NCBI GenBank assembly: GCA_049999805.1
Contig: JBNGIO010006336.1
Location: forward strand, 221,347-285,346
DNA from: Folioceros fuciformis
Lineage: Eukaryota
Direction of reading: 5' to 3'
DNA: 64,000 bases
Shown: piece by piece, positions 44,396-56,479 of the stretch
How positions within the stretch are numbered: the first letter of the stretch is position 1
Layout: each line of letters begins with the position of its first letter
Position numbers and translations under genes: made by a program
The notes under the pieces: generated by a model
Seen by the model: the letters and a program-made list of their open reading frames with translations, nothing else
The model's database searches: none
What the model was told of the DNA's origin: nothing

Positions 44396-47383
44396 ATGGT
44401 GGAACCTGGTGGGTGCGTAATGAAAGACGAGGAGACGTTGGATGCCTTTCCTGGCAATCGAATTAGTATGGATTCATCACAATTGCAAGCACGTAATAGT
44501 TTCAGGGACTTCCCACGGTCGATGCAGAACTGCGGGCTTTCAAATGGTCCCTCAACGTGGACGGTGGACGTGGAACCGCATGCAGTGAAAGAGCATCAGC
44601 CCGCCACGCACAAGACTGCAGCGCGGACTTCGGGACCTCCACCAGCACCCATCACCTTGAAGGTTGGTTCAAATTCAATCGCCTCGTCACCAAATTCGCT
44701 TGTCTTGTCAAAAAGTTATTTGCAATTGGTTTGTGTGCTGTCTAAAACTGTTCCTAAGCTCTCAATCTTTCACGGTCTATTGTTTCCCAGCTCCTGAGAT
44801 GTTAAGTCATTCTGCAGGCTTCCACTTGCATGGTTATGGCTTTGAAATTGCATGTTCAATACTAGCATGGCCGCTGTTAATAACTCTCAGAACGTCCCTC
44901 AGGCAACAGTACCAGTAGAGTATGGTTTTAAATAGCAGTGGATACCGCATCGTGCGTTTGAGTTCTGAACAATAGAGAGGACAATTTTTTCAAATTTCTG
45001 GAACAAACTAGCAATCTTCGTGAAGGATGCAATACAAACCACGGCACGGAAATAGGTGGTTTCGAGCTGTTTGTCGCATGTTATTTGTGAGGAAGTAGGA
45101 GTAAAATTTTCACCTGTGCAAAATCCAGAGATTTCCTCGCAAGAGAGTGGGCAGGAAATCTGAAACCTGTGTTCTTGTTTCGTTTGATTGTGCAGTTTGA
45201 AGATGTCGTTTACAACGTGACCCTGAAGTCGAAGGTGCAATGGTGGAACCCAGCAAATATGGTCTGTTGTGTGCAGGAAAGAGGAACGGAGAAGGAAATA
45301 CTGAAAGGCATCACAGGGACTGTAAAGCCTGGAGAGATGCTAGCGATGCTGGGGCCTTCAGGTAGCGGGAAGACAACTTTGTTGAGCATTTTGGGAGGTC
45401 GTGTAGCAAGTGGGAAGCTCTCAGGCACCATTATGTACAATGATTTGCCATACAACAAAGCTGTCCAAAGACGAACAGGCTTTGTCACTCAGGATGACAT
45501 CTTACATGTACATCTTACTGTTAAGGAGACCCTGGTGTACGCGGCACTATTGAGGTTGCCAAGTAATAGATATAACAGAAAGGAGAAAATTTTGAGGGCA
45601 GAGGAGATAATTGTTGAGCTCGGATTGGAGAAGTGTCAGGATGTCAGGATTGGGGACACGTTCATACGAGGAGTATCTGGAGGTGAGAGGAAAAGGGTCA
45701 GCATTGGTTTTGAGCTCATCGTGGATCCCAGTTTGTTGTTGCTAGACGAGCCCACTTCTGGCCTGGACTCCACAACAGCATCTCGGATAATCAGCACACT
45801 GCAAAAGTTAGCAAACGCGGGGAGGACTGTGCTCACAACCATACATCAGCCATCTAGCAGAGTATTTCACATGTTCAACAAGATTATTTTGCTGTCTGGA
45901 GGGCGCGCACTGTATTATGGTCAGGCAAGCGAAGCAATTCCCTACTTCGCTCCCCTCGGCTTCCCCCCAGTTTTGGCAACGAACCCGGCAGACTATATTC
46001 TAGATCTTGCAAATGGTAACTGTTGTGAGACCTTTGCTTACCTTTCTGAATATTGGCAGGCTGGTCTTGCTTTAATTTGCTTGTGGGTGTGTTGGGCCTG
46101 TTTCCTGTAACAACTTCTGTGGGCCATTCTGAATTGTGGTATTTTCATTTTGTATTTCCAGGTGTGACGCACGATATGCAGCCTGGTAGTGACGAAGGAC
46201 TACCCAGCGACGAAGCTGAAGAGCTAAGAAAACAGCAGACCAAGGTGCAGGCTGCCGTTGTTGATCGTTTGTCTGATGCATATCAGCGGCTTTTGAAAAC
46301 AAAGGCGAAACGAGAAGTGGATAGCCTTAAAGCTACGGAGCAGGAGATTAAAGGTGTGGCATCGATCGTTTTTGTTCTGCTTGATTTTTGAAAGCAGTTG
46401 CATGATTTAAGCCTTTATTGAACGCTGATCTCCTGTCTCTCACCAGCATTGAAGGAGAAGGTGGACTGGCCAACATCGTGGGTGGACCAGTTCAGAGTTT
46501 TGCTCGTGAGGGGACTGAAAGAGAGAAGGCATGAAGCTTTTGGAGTGTTACGCGTGACACAGGTTTTGGCGGTTTCATTTATTTGTGGACTACTCTGGTT
46601 TCATTCGACTACGGCACATATTAGAGATCAGGTTGGTTATGACCGTTTCACAATGAATTCGGGCAATCCTTCGTTTGCTCCTTATTGCCTAGCCTTCTCC
46701 TCCTCCTCCTTTTTGACTTGTTCTTCGGACAGCTTGGATTGCTTTTCTTCTTCTCAACGTTCTGGGGATTCTTGCCCCTGTTCACCGCCATTTTCACCTT
46801 CCCTCAAGAGCGAAAGATGTTGATAAAGGAGCGCGCCTCAGGAATGTACCGGTTGTCCTCATACTTCTTCGCGAAGACAATTGGGGATTTGCCTCTGGAA
46901 TTCGTTCTGCCTATCATATTTATTATCATCGTCTACTGGATGGGCGGTCTGAAACCAGCTGCCGACACCTTTCTCGTGAGTATGCTGGTTCTTCTGTTCA
47001 ACGTATTGGTCTCGCAGGGACTCGGCTTATTCCTTGGAGCTGCAGTGATGGAGACCAAGCAGGCAACAACATTGGCATCTGTTATCATGCTTCTTTTTCT
47101 GCTTGCTGGGGGCTTCTACGTGCAGAAAACACCACCCTTCATTGCATGGGTTAAGTACCTTTCGTTCAGCTACTACTCCTTCAAAATACAGCTGTCACTC
47201 CAGTACGACAAAGACCAGACATACCCGTGTGCTAGCGGGGTTTGTCGAATTGAAGACTTCCAGGAAGTCAAGAACGTCGGTCTCGGACATATTGGCACAA
47301 GCCTCCTGGCTCTTACAGTTATGATGGTCGGATACCGGTTTCTGTGCTACTTGGCACTGCGACGGCTCAAGGGCTTCAAATAA
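44396..47383 (+). CDS. ABCG: ABCG half-size transporter (WBC type, NBD-TMD)
   Basis: [44 protein letters not shown] with KERASGMY and LAGGFYV. Confidence 0.96.
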
Positions 47384-47806
47384 GCGTCTGGACGCATACA
47401 TTTGGTGATATTATGCAGGCGAACCGACACCAACGTCGAGAACATGTAGGAACATGGAGACATGTAGGAGGTGTTCCTTTCTGAACGGATTCCAGTTCTG
47501 TGGATCTACACGTCGTCAGGGCCGTCGGCAAAATGATGGATACTCTGTGCATCTGCGAGTATCATTTCGCGCCTCTCCATGCAAGAAATGTTCTTCATCT
47601 GTGTGACAGAGTCATGCAGGCCGAACATTTTTGGTAACAATTTTTCCCCACTTAAGTATTAAGTAGACAAGTAGTAGTACTAGAACGTTTGCATGGACAA
47701 GCCTGGGTACTTTATTCCAGACCTCAGCCCGGTTTCCGCCCAGTCTACTAGAGATCGGGGCGGGCGAGGCGACGACGTGTTTGTTAAGTTGTTAACAAGG
47801 TCGAAA

Positions 47807-50800
47807 TTACTTATGCCTGTCACATGAACACCAGCCATCTACAAAATGATGAACACGGTGTGCATCTCTAACTATGATCTCGCGCTTCTCAACACGCGAC
47901 ATGATTTTTGTCCCACTGTGACAGTCATTGCACATGCGAAGGTTCTTAGTGACTAGCAAAGTCGCGCCATCCGGAGTGTTAAGCAGACCATAGGCCAATG
48001 CTAGTTTTTCAGCATGACCGCATAACGCATCCTCCTTCTCTCTCTCAGAGACTGGCTTCAGCACTAATTCTGTATGTGGCACATGGCCTCCTTCTTCCTT
48101 AAGTAGCAAATTTGAGCTCCTCAGCTTAGAGGAGATGTCATCCCTTTCCTCCCCAACAGTAAAATCCTGGACCTTCCGATCCAACTCAATCCACGCCCTA
48201 GCAGGCTTCTTCCAAGCACCTGCAGACCTCCTTAGGCTTTCAATCCTCTCCACATCGACCCACCTTCCAGTGTTGGCATACAAATTCGCCAATAGGACGT
48301 AGGCACCGGCATTCTGGGGTTCAAGTTCGGTGAGATGGTCGAAACATCGCTGGGCACGGTCTACGTCGTTGTGGCTTGCACAGGAAGTGAGCAAGGATGT
48401 CCACCCAACAACATCCTTCTCAAAAGGCATACTTAGCAGCATATTCTCGGCCTCATCCATGCGACCTGCCCGTCCAAGAACGTCGACCATAGATGTGTAG
48501 TGCAGGGCCCCAGGAGCAATGCCATGGTCTTCCACCATGCTTTTGAAAAACTGTTGAGCGTGTGATACCAGTGACTGGTGACTGCAAGCCACGAGAAGAC
48601 AAAGGAAAGTCGCTTCATTGGGCTCGACCCCTTCCTGTCGCATCTCCTGAAAACACTGGATTGCCATTTGGCTGTCATCGTGTTGGCTGTAGCCATAGAG
48701 CAGAGAATTCCATGTCACCACATCTCGTGTGGGCAGCCTGTCAAACAGTCTGCGAGCATCGTCCAAGTAGCCGCATTTGGCGTACATGTCCACCAGGCTG
48801 CTTCCAACAGCCACCTCAGTTTCTAGTCCCTGTCTCTTGATTTCGGAATGAAGTTCCCTACCGTACCCTAAAGCTCCAATGCTGGCACACGCTTTCAAGA
48901 GGCACACAAAAGTGACATGATCAGGAGTCATGCCCTCTTGTTGCATGAGTTCATACAGATGAAGCGCCTCCTGACCAAGCCCATGCTGAGCATATCCTGT
49001 GATCATGGCATTCCATGTCACCACATCTTTTGTTGGCAGCCTGTCAAACACTCGTTGAGCATCCACTAGACTGCAACACTTGGCATACATGTCCACCAAG
49101 CCATTGCCAACCAACAAATTCGATTCTAGCCCTCTATCCTGTATCTGTGAATGTAGGTTCTTGCCCTCGTGTAGAGCACCTATACTTGCACAAGCTTTGA
49201 GGAGGCACGCAAATGTAACATGACTCGCTAAGGCCACGCCCTCCTGATGCATACTTGCATACAGAGAAAGCGCTTCTTCATTGAGCCCGTGTTGGCAGTA
49301 TCCTGTAATCATAGCATTCCACGTCACCACATCCCGCTTTGGCAAACTGTCAAACACATATCGAGCATCCGCCAAGCTTCTACACTTCGCATACATGTCC
49401 ACCAAGCTGGTACATAAGACTACATCATGTTCAAGACCCTGCTTTCGAATTTGTGCATGGAGTTCCTTGCCCTGACGCAAACATCGAATACTGGCGCATG
49501 CTTTCAAAAGACAGACCAGTGTCGATTCAGTCACCTCAGTTAGGCCACTCTCTTGCATGCACGCATACAGGGTCAGGGCTTCCTGGCCAAGACCACAATG
49601 CACGTAGCTTGCAATCATGGCCCCCCACATCTCAACACCTTTGATTCCTTGCTTGTCAAACACACTTCGAGCATCTTCAATGCTGCCACAGTTAGCATAC
49701 ATATCCACCAGACCACAGGTAATAATAGGATCAGCTTCCAGACCCCTTTCCTTAATCTGAAGATGGAGCTCCTTGCCCTCATTTAACAATCCAGTGTTGG
49801 CACATGCTTTCAAAACGCACGCATATGTGACATGATTTACCGCAACAGTGGCATCCTTTTGCAGACTTTTGAACAGAGACAAGGCCTCTACTCCGCACCC
49901 ATTCTGAGAGTATCCACTGATCAAAGCATTCCATGTCGCCACGTTCTTTGTAGGCAACTTGTCAAACACCATGTGAGCATCCTCCATGCTTCCACATTTT
50001 GCATACATGTCGATCAGGCTATTCCCCAAAATCTCATCTATCACAAGCCCTTTATCCTGAATTTCACAGTGAAGCTTCTTGCCCTCACCTAAAGCTCGAA
50101 TACTGGCACAGGCGTTGAGGAGGCAAGAATACGTCACCTGGTTGGCTGGAAGCATTGCCTCCTGCTGCATTGAAGTATAGAGAGAGAGAGCCTCCTGACC
50201 AAGCCCTTGCTGAGCATAGCCAGCAATCATGGTGGTCCAAGTTACAACATCATTTGAGGGCAACCTGTCGAATATGCCACGAGCTGCCTCCATACGGCCG
50301 CATTTCGAATACATGTCGACAAGGCTACGGCCTATGACTACATCACCATCGAGGCCTCTTTCCTGGATTTCCAAATGGAGCTGCTCGCCTTGGTGTAGGG
50401 CTCCACTGGCGCCACACGCTTTCAGGAGGGGCACGAATGTATAGCCATTTGGCATGGTGACACCTTCCTCTTTCATATTTGAATAAAGAGTGAGTGCTTC
50501 TTGAGCAAGACCACAGCAAGCGTATCCCCCAATCATTACAGTCCATGTTACAACGTCTTTAGATGGCAGGTTGTCAAACACGCGGCGGGCATCTTTAATA
50601 CTGCCACATTTCACATACATGTCTACCAGACTGCTTCCAATTACCACTTCAGCTTCAAGTCCGTGTTTCACTACTTGAGAGTGAAGCTCCTTGCCTTCAC
50701 GTAAGGCTCCGGTGCTGGCACAAGCTTTTAGGAGGGATGCATATGTGACATGATTCGCCGAAGTCATGCAATCCTTCTGCATGCTTACGTACAAAGAAAG

Positions 50801-51867
50801 GGCTTCCTGACAGTGCCCATGCTGAGCATATCCTGCAATCATAGAAGTCCATGTGACCACACTTTTGGTCTCCAAACTCTCAAACACTTGGCGTGCATCC
50901 TCCAAGCTCCCACATTTTGCATACATGTCCACCAGAGAATTTCCCACAAACGTGTCAGGCTCAAGCCCACTCCCTAGCACGTCAGTATGGACCTGCTTCC
51001 CAGATTCCAAATCTGCCATACTTGCACAAGCCTTGAGGGCCTTAACAAATACGTGATTGTTAGGCTCTACAGATGACCGTCGCATCTCTTGATATAATCG
51101 TATTGCCTTCACTGGCTGTCCATGATCAACATGTGCAGAAATAACGTAGAACCAGGAGAAGGCGTTAGGTGTGGCCAGTTTAGCGAACACCTGCATAGCG
51201 TCCTGCAACCTGCCATTGGAAGCATACATGCGGATGAAGTGGTTGGCCAAGAACGTTGTACACTCGTAGCCACTGTCGAGAGTGAGAGCATGAACCCGTC
51301 TGCCAACGACAAGATTCTTCTCCAGGATGCATCCTTTGAGCAAACGATAAAAGGCTGCATCAGGCACGTACGACCCTTGACCCACCAGGACATGCAGGGC
51401 CTCAACAGCATCATTGAGCTGCCCCTCGTCGCGTGGCTTGCCCCAATTCCCAACTTGTGACGGACTTGCCACTCTGTACAGGCAGGCCACTGTCACCACA
51501 CAGTTCTGCACGTTCAAACAGACCTTGAAGCACAGAGAAAAGGGGTGTACCTCGCAGACTGATCATGTTGGCTCGTTGGATAGACACCAGGAAGATTTGC
51601 TGGTTCGGCAACGCCAGCAGTTTGCGCTGTTAGAAGGTTGCCCTGGACCCAGGCGAGCTGGGAGTCAATCCACAATCCCTCCGTTCGGACGGTGTGCGCT
51701 GAATCACTACACGCGGACTTGAACTCCAGTGTTGTGCATGGTTCCGCTTCAGCTCGTAAGGACGAAAGGCGTCTCCACCATTTCTTCCCAGCCCTCAGGT
51801 GTTTGGATCTGTTTTGAACCAGATTCCCGACAACCGAATGGCTCCCAATTTTCCCACCTTTCCTCAT
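47807..51867 (-). CDS. PLS-class PPR with a DYW:KP-type deaminase-like domain ending DRHK; candidate U-to-C editing factor
   Basis: Exon 1 51867-51551 and exon 2 51473-47807 joined by a 77-bp GT-AG intron give 1327 aa. About nine PLS triplets; WKKPARAWIE; HAEKLALAYGL; NLRMCNDCH; CSCDRHK*. Confidence 0.93.
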
Positions 51868-52473
51868 CAGGCGGGCGTTGCCGTCTCACCAACATGCCAC
51901 TAACCTAAAGAATCGAGGAGCAAAAGGGCTGGCTTGCGCAAATGTGTTCATCGTGTATGTCCCACAGGTGTGCTACATGGCATTCTGCGCGAGGGGTTCT
52001 CCTAATAGAAGACGTAAGAAATGGTGCCCTGACCAGAGCTGGAAATGATGCGACTATGCACCAACTTTTCATTCCCCTCTGCGTGAGCTGCAAATCCTCC
52101 AACACAGTGGATGTTCCGGTGCCTCAGCAAACACACACCATCAAATTTTGATGCTGAGAGTTATGTGGTGCACTGGTTAAAGGTCTGTTGTACCTATTCC
52201 TTCAGACATACTACGTTCTGGGTAAAACATCGTGAAACTCTATGCGCTCGCCCGCCCGGCCAATGGTGTACCTTTATGTACAGAATTGGACCTGCCTTAT
52301 AAAGGTCTCTTCCAAGGCTAACTTACCTGGTTAGTAAGCACGCTAAGTAGGTATATAGCACTTTCAACAAATTGATCGTAGTATACAAAGCTGCGCTCTA
52401 GGGTGACAACAAAAGCCGGATGGAGCAAGCCATGTTGTTCCCCAGAGCGGCTGAGGTTCGGTCCTGGAGAATG

Positions 52474-55400
52474 TCAAGGTTCCTCTGGTGAACCCCACAG
52501 ACAACGTCTGAGCGATACCGAGAGGTAGTCCATTGCTCCCTGGGGATGCTGGAATACGAAGCACGCTCCCACGCACACGGCCAGAACTCCCACCATGGTC
52601 ATAATGCTACGGGCCCCAATCCTCACATGCTGGTTGGCAAAAGTAGAATTCCTGTAGCTAAACCTTCGAGTCCGTCTGGATGCCCAAAAGTGCTCTATAT
52701 CCAGGTCCGAAGATGCTTTGCTGGAGAGGAATGGCTCCTTCAGATTTTCGATGTCCACGACACGGTGCCCTGTGTAATTTACGGGGACAACTAAAGCCCC
52801 ATTCCCAACGGAAGGCGGGGATGCAGATATTGCTTCATCACCCTGCCCAAGAGGTGCACCTCTGCTGCCGATTTCCAAGGGTTGGCTTTGCTGGACGAAA
52901 CCGGAATCAGCAAGCCAACTGCGCAGAATATTTTCTAGGACTTTGCTGATCGTTGGATTTTCCAACGCATGAGCACCATCCAGGTGAGCGGACATGCCGA
53001 CACCAAAAGACACTGCAGAAGACAATATCCGCCCTGCAACAGAAGGGCAGCCTCCGGCCAAAGCGAACCTGAGAAGCCGTCGTAGCCTTGTTGCATGCCA
53101 CTGCCTACCCACAAAGGTGTCAAGTCTGTCTGGGGTGCTGTACCGTTCTGGATAGCTAAACACCCACCCCAAGTCAAGCAGTAGCGTATGGACCATCCTC
53201 CAGAGATCGGAAGAATTGGACCCGGAATGCAGCCCGAGCCTGCTCAACAGTGTCTGCAGCTCAGCGCACACCTCGGCATCGGCGACTAGCAACGGGACAT
53301 GATTGCTTGTACCATGGTTGTTTTCAAACTCAACATACACCACACCACACCTAACGGAGTTCACAGCAGGAATCCTTAGCTCATAAGGCGACGTGCCCCC
53401 ATCCGCTCTGTCCTTGCCTGGTTGCATCCCTTGCACATAATTACTCCTTTCAACAGAAAGATATTTTCCCCCAAACGAGAGAAACGGCCTAACTTCTCCA
53501 TAACGAAGATTTTTGCCGTGCACTTGCACAAGTGTAGATGCGCCAGCTTCTATACACACTGGCCACACGAAATCCAGCTTTGCTAGTTTTTCTCTCAACC
53601 CATTGTTGCGTATATCAGTGACATGCCCTTTCAAAACCTCACACACCTGTTCCCCTAAGCAGGCCATAAAGTGGCCTGAGTCCCAAAACCCTCCACCTGA
53701 TCCCTGAACAAGCTTGGCCACATAAGCAGCCCAGTTTGCCTCGAGATCGTCCCACATCTGCTGCTCCATGGACAGGAACAAAGTTAGAATGGTGCAGCCA
53801 GATCGAATATATCCCTCTAGTTCCACAGGCATGTTCCCTATCCACTCCAAAATCTGTTGACGCAACCTGCGGGGAAAGTCACCAGGATTCCAGTCATAAA
53901 GTTTGAAAGATATGCGGCCTGAAGGGAAAGGGGACGAGTAGGTATGGGCTTTTCTATTCAGAGGTCTATACGAAGAAGGATGCTGTTGGAAAAGAATATC
54001 CGCATCATGTGCCCCAGGGATCTTTGGGTTGGGAAAGAAGTTGTCCCCAAGGAGGTCGTCTTCAAGAAGAAAAGACAGCAGCGACTCTTCCTCTAGTCCC
54101 GATTTCCCGGGATTGAAGCCGAATTGCTGGCCCGACATATCCCCAGAGGATGCACCCCAGTTTCTTGCATTCGCTTCACCTGCCATGTCATCACAGGGAG
54201 GCAGTCCTGTGGTGGCCGAGACTGGATCTCCAAACACAGAGCTGGGGAAGACATTGATCGCACCAGCACTAGCCCTCCCTGTCTCACTCGAGTGCAACCC
54301 TGCTCCCGACGTCGCCGGCTGCAGCAGGTGCGCATCCACCGCCGGCAATTGCAGTCCTAGAGTATCAGTGGACTGTGACGGGCCACACATAACCGAGCTC
54401 TGAAGAGAATCCAAGCAAGAAGAAACCGTGGTGGTCCCACAACATCTGCCTACAGCCGCCTCCACCGACGACGAGCTGAGAGTGGAGGCCAGCTTAAACG
54501 AAGGTTCCGAATCCAAAACCCCCGACACCGGCGCCTGCTCCATAGACGCAGAGTTCTCCGTCGCAGGTGACGGGCTAGACTTGTCCTCACCTCCGAGCTG
54601 AGCATCCGTAGCCTGGTGCCCGGCTCCCTCCCCCGTCCCAGTCTCCCCCGACTCCATCATCTTCCTCCTCCTCCTGGTGTTATGCCTCTCAAGCTTCCGC
54701 CTACAGCTCCTCTTTTCATCATCGAAATCCGTAACCTTGTGAAACTTGCCACACTGCTGACAGTAGCGATGAGGCTCCCCTTTCAGCTTCACCGTGATAG
54801 CATTAGCGCAGCGAAGACACACCCGGTGGCGCTGATGGTACCCCTTCAGCCTCCCGAGGTCCTCCCTGCATGCCTCCACCTGACACATGGCCGTGGCCCT
54901 AGTCCGCTTCCGGCTAACCACATCCTCCTCCTCGTCATTGTCCGTGCACCCGCACGGCGTCCTCTCCCCCACCGCGCTGGGACAAGGATCCTGCTTACCC
55001 CCCGACATACTGGACAACTGCTCCGTGACATCCGGAGACTGGCTCTCATCCGCCTCGAAGATGCGGCGGCTCGGGAACGCAACGTCCAACCCCGCCTTGC
55101 TCTTCTCTGCTGCTGCAGCACCACCACCACCACAACCCTCCCGCACATGAGCACACACACGCACACACATCCACAACCATGACGCACATTCCACATCCTC
55201 CCACACTCACCCCGCCCTCGTCCGGGTCCCCGCGCCCGCTTGCCAGCCCCCCCCGCTCCCTCCCTCTTCCGATTCCCGCTCCCGCTGCCATCTCCATCCC
55301 CCACTCCGCCCTCGCTCTCCACATCAACATCCCCATCCACAGCCAGGACCGCATCCGGGCGCGAGTTGGCCACCAGCCGCACGCTGTCCCAGTCCCAGAG

Positions 55401-55475
55401 CTCCCCTAGACTGGTGCCGTCGTCTATGATGCCACCGGCTTCCCGGTGGCAATCGGCCATGGAATTCATAAACAT
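52474..55475 (-). CDS. SPL7: SBP-box transcription factor, SPL7/CRR1 clade
   Basis: SBP domain with C4 first zinc site (CQVEAC...HRVCLRC), RYCQQCGKFH, GRISFKLYDWNPGDFP, GYIRSGC, C-terminal TM helix. N-terminal exon (LWDWD) joined by intron 55113-55210. Confidence 0.9.
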
Positions 55476-56479
55476 CTTGCCGGACTGATGCAGCTCCGAC
55501 TCCGGCTCCGGCTCCGACTCCTGCTCCCGCCCCCGATCCCCCTCCCTCTCCCGCTCTTGCTGTTGCACACAATGCCGGGAAGGAGAGGGCCAGGTGCGAG
55601 GGGCCTCAGCCGAGCTCCATGGCAGGCGGCGATGATGTTACCATAGCCGTCTCACGCCGAGAAGATGAGGCTGCCATCGTCGCGGGCCATGGACGGCCTG
55701 GCAAGGGCAAGGCAGAAACAGGACACGCCAGAAATGAAGTAATTTCATTGCTGGACGCAGTTTCATACGGCCTTCCGACTTGGACCACGCCCCGATCCCA
55801 CAGCGGGCGAGGCGAGACGTCTCCTCCGTCATCATGAGTGTGGCACCACTCGTGCGCTCCTATAGCAAACTTCCGATGATGACAAGCCCGGGATTTAATA
55901 TTCACAATACCAGTCTGCTTCAAAAAAGTAAATCTGTGTAGAATCTTCATCACATATTCTATCCGTCCCAGTGTCCCATTTTTACCTAGAGTAGGTAAAG
56001 ACCGGGTCGGGTCGGGTCGGGTGGGATCGGATGGGATCAGGTCTCTCTCCTTCCCTTCCTGTGCCAAATATGTACAGTATAGGGATCCCAAATACATACA
56101 GTATGTATATCGACCCATGCCATGCCATGCCATGTGTATACAGACAGTATGCATATAAGAACAAGATGTCCCATCTTATCATTCATTTGCTAAGGAATGT
56201 ATGAAGCAGACGTTGTAAAGGAGGCCATGTAGTCTAGTAGGTTACGTAGGCAAACTTGCAGAGCCCACGAATCGAATAAAATAACTGAATGCTAACGTTT
56301 CACACATACCGGCGGACAGCGGATTAGGGCAGATCGCCGTCTCATTGTATCGAGAGTTCAAACTGTATCGGTGGCGGGCTGTGTGACTCGCAGGGAAGCA
56401 GTGAGACGCAGCAGCCGAAAGTTGAGTCTTGCCGTCCAGGGGAACAGGCTACTTGGTAAAGCGCGAGCAGGCTGCAAAG

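Noticed and set aside
52319-52340. ACTTACCTGG, identical to the U1 snRNA 5' end
   Set aside because: The following sequence does not resemble U1. It is better explained as an antisense splice-donor consensus.
55995-56140. (GGGTC)n and (CATGC)n runs between SPL7 and SmD3 as RY or other cis-elements
   Set aside because: These are simple pentamer microsatellites, not a proper CATGCA(TG) array. No functional support.
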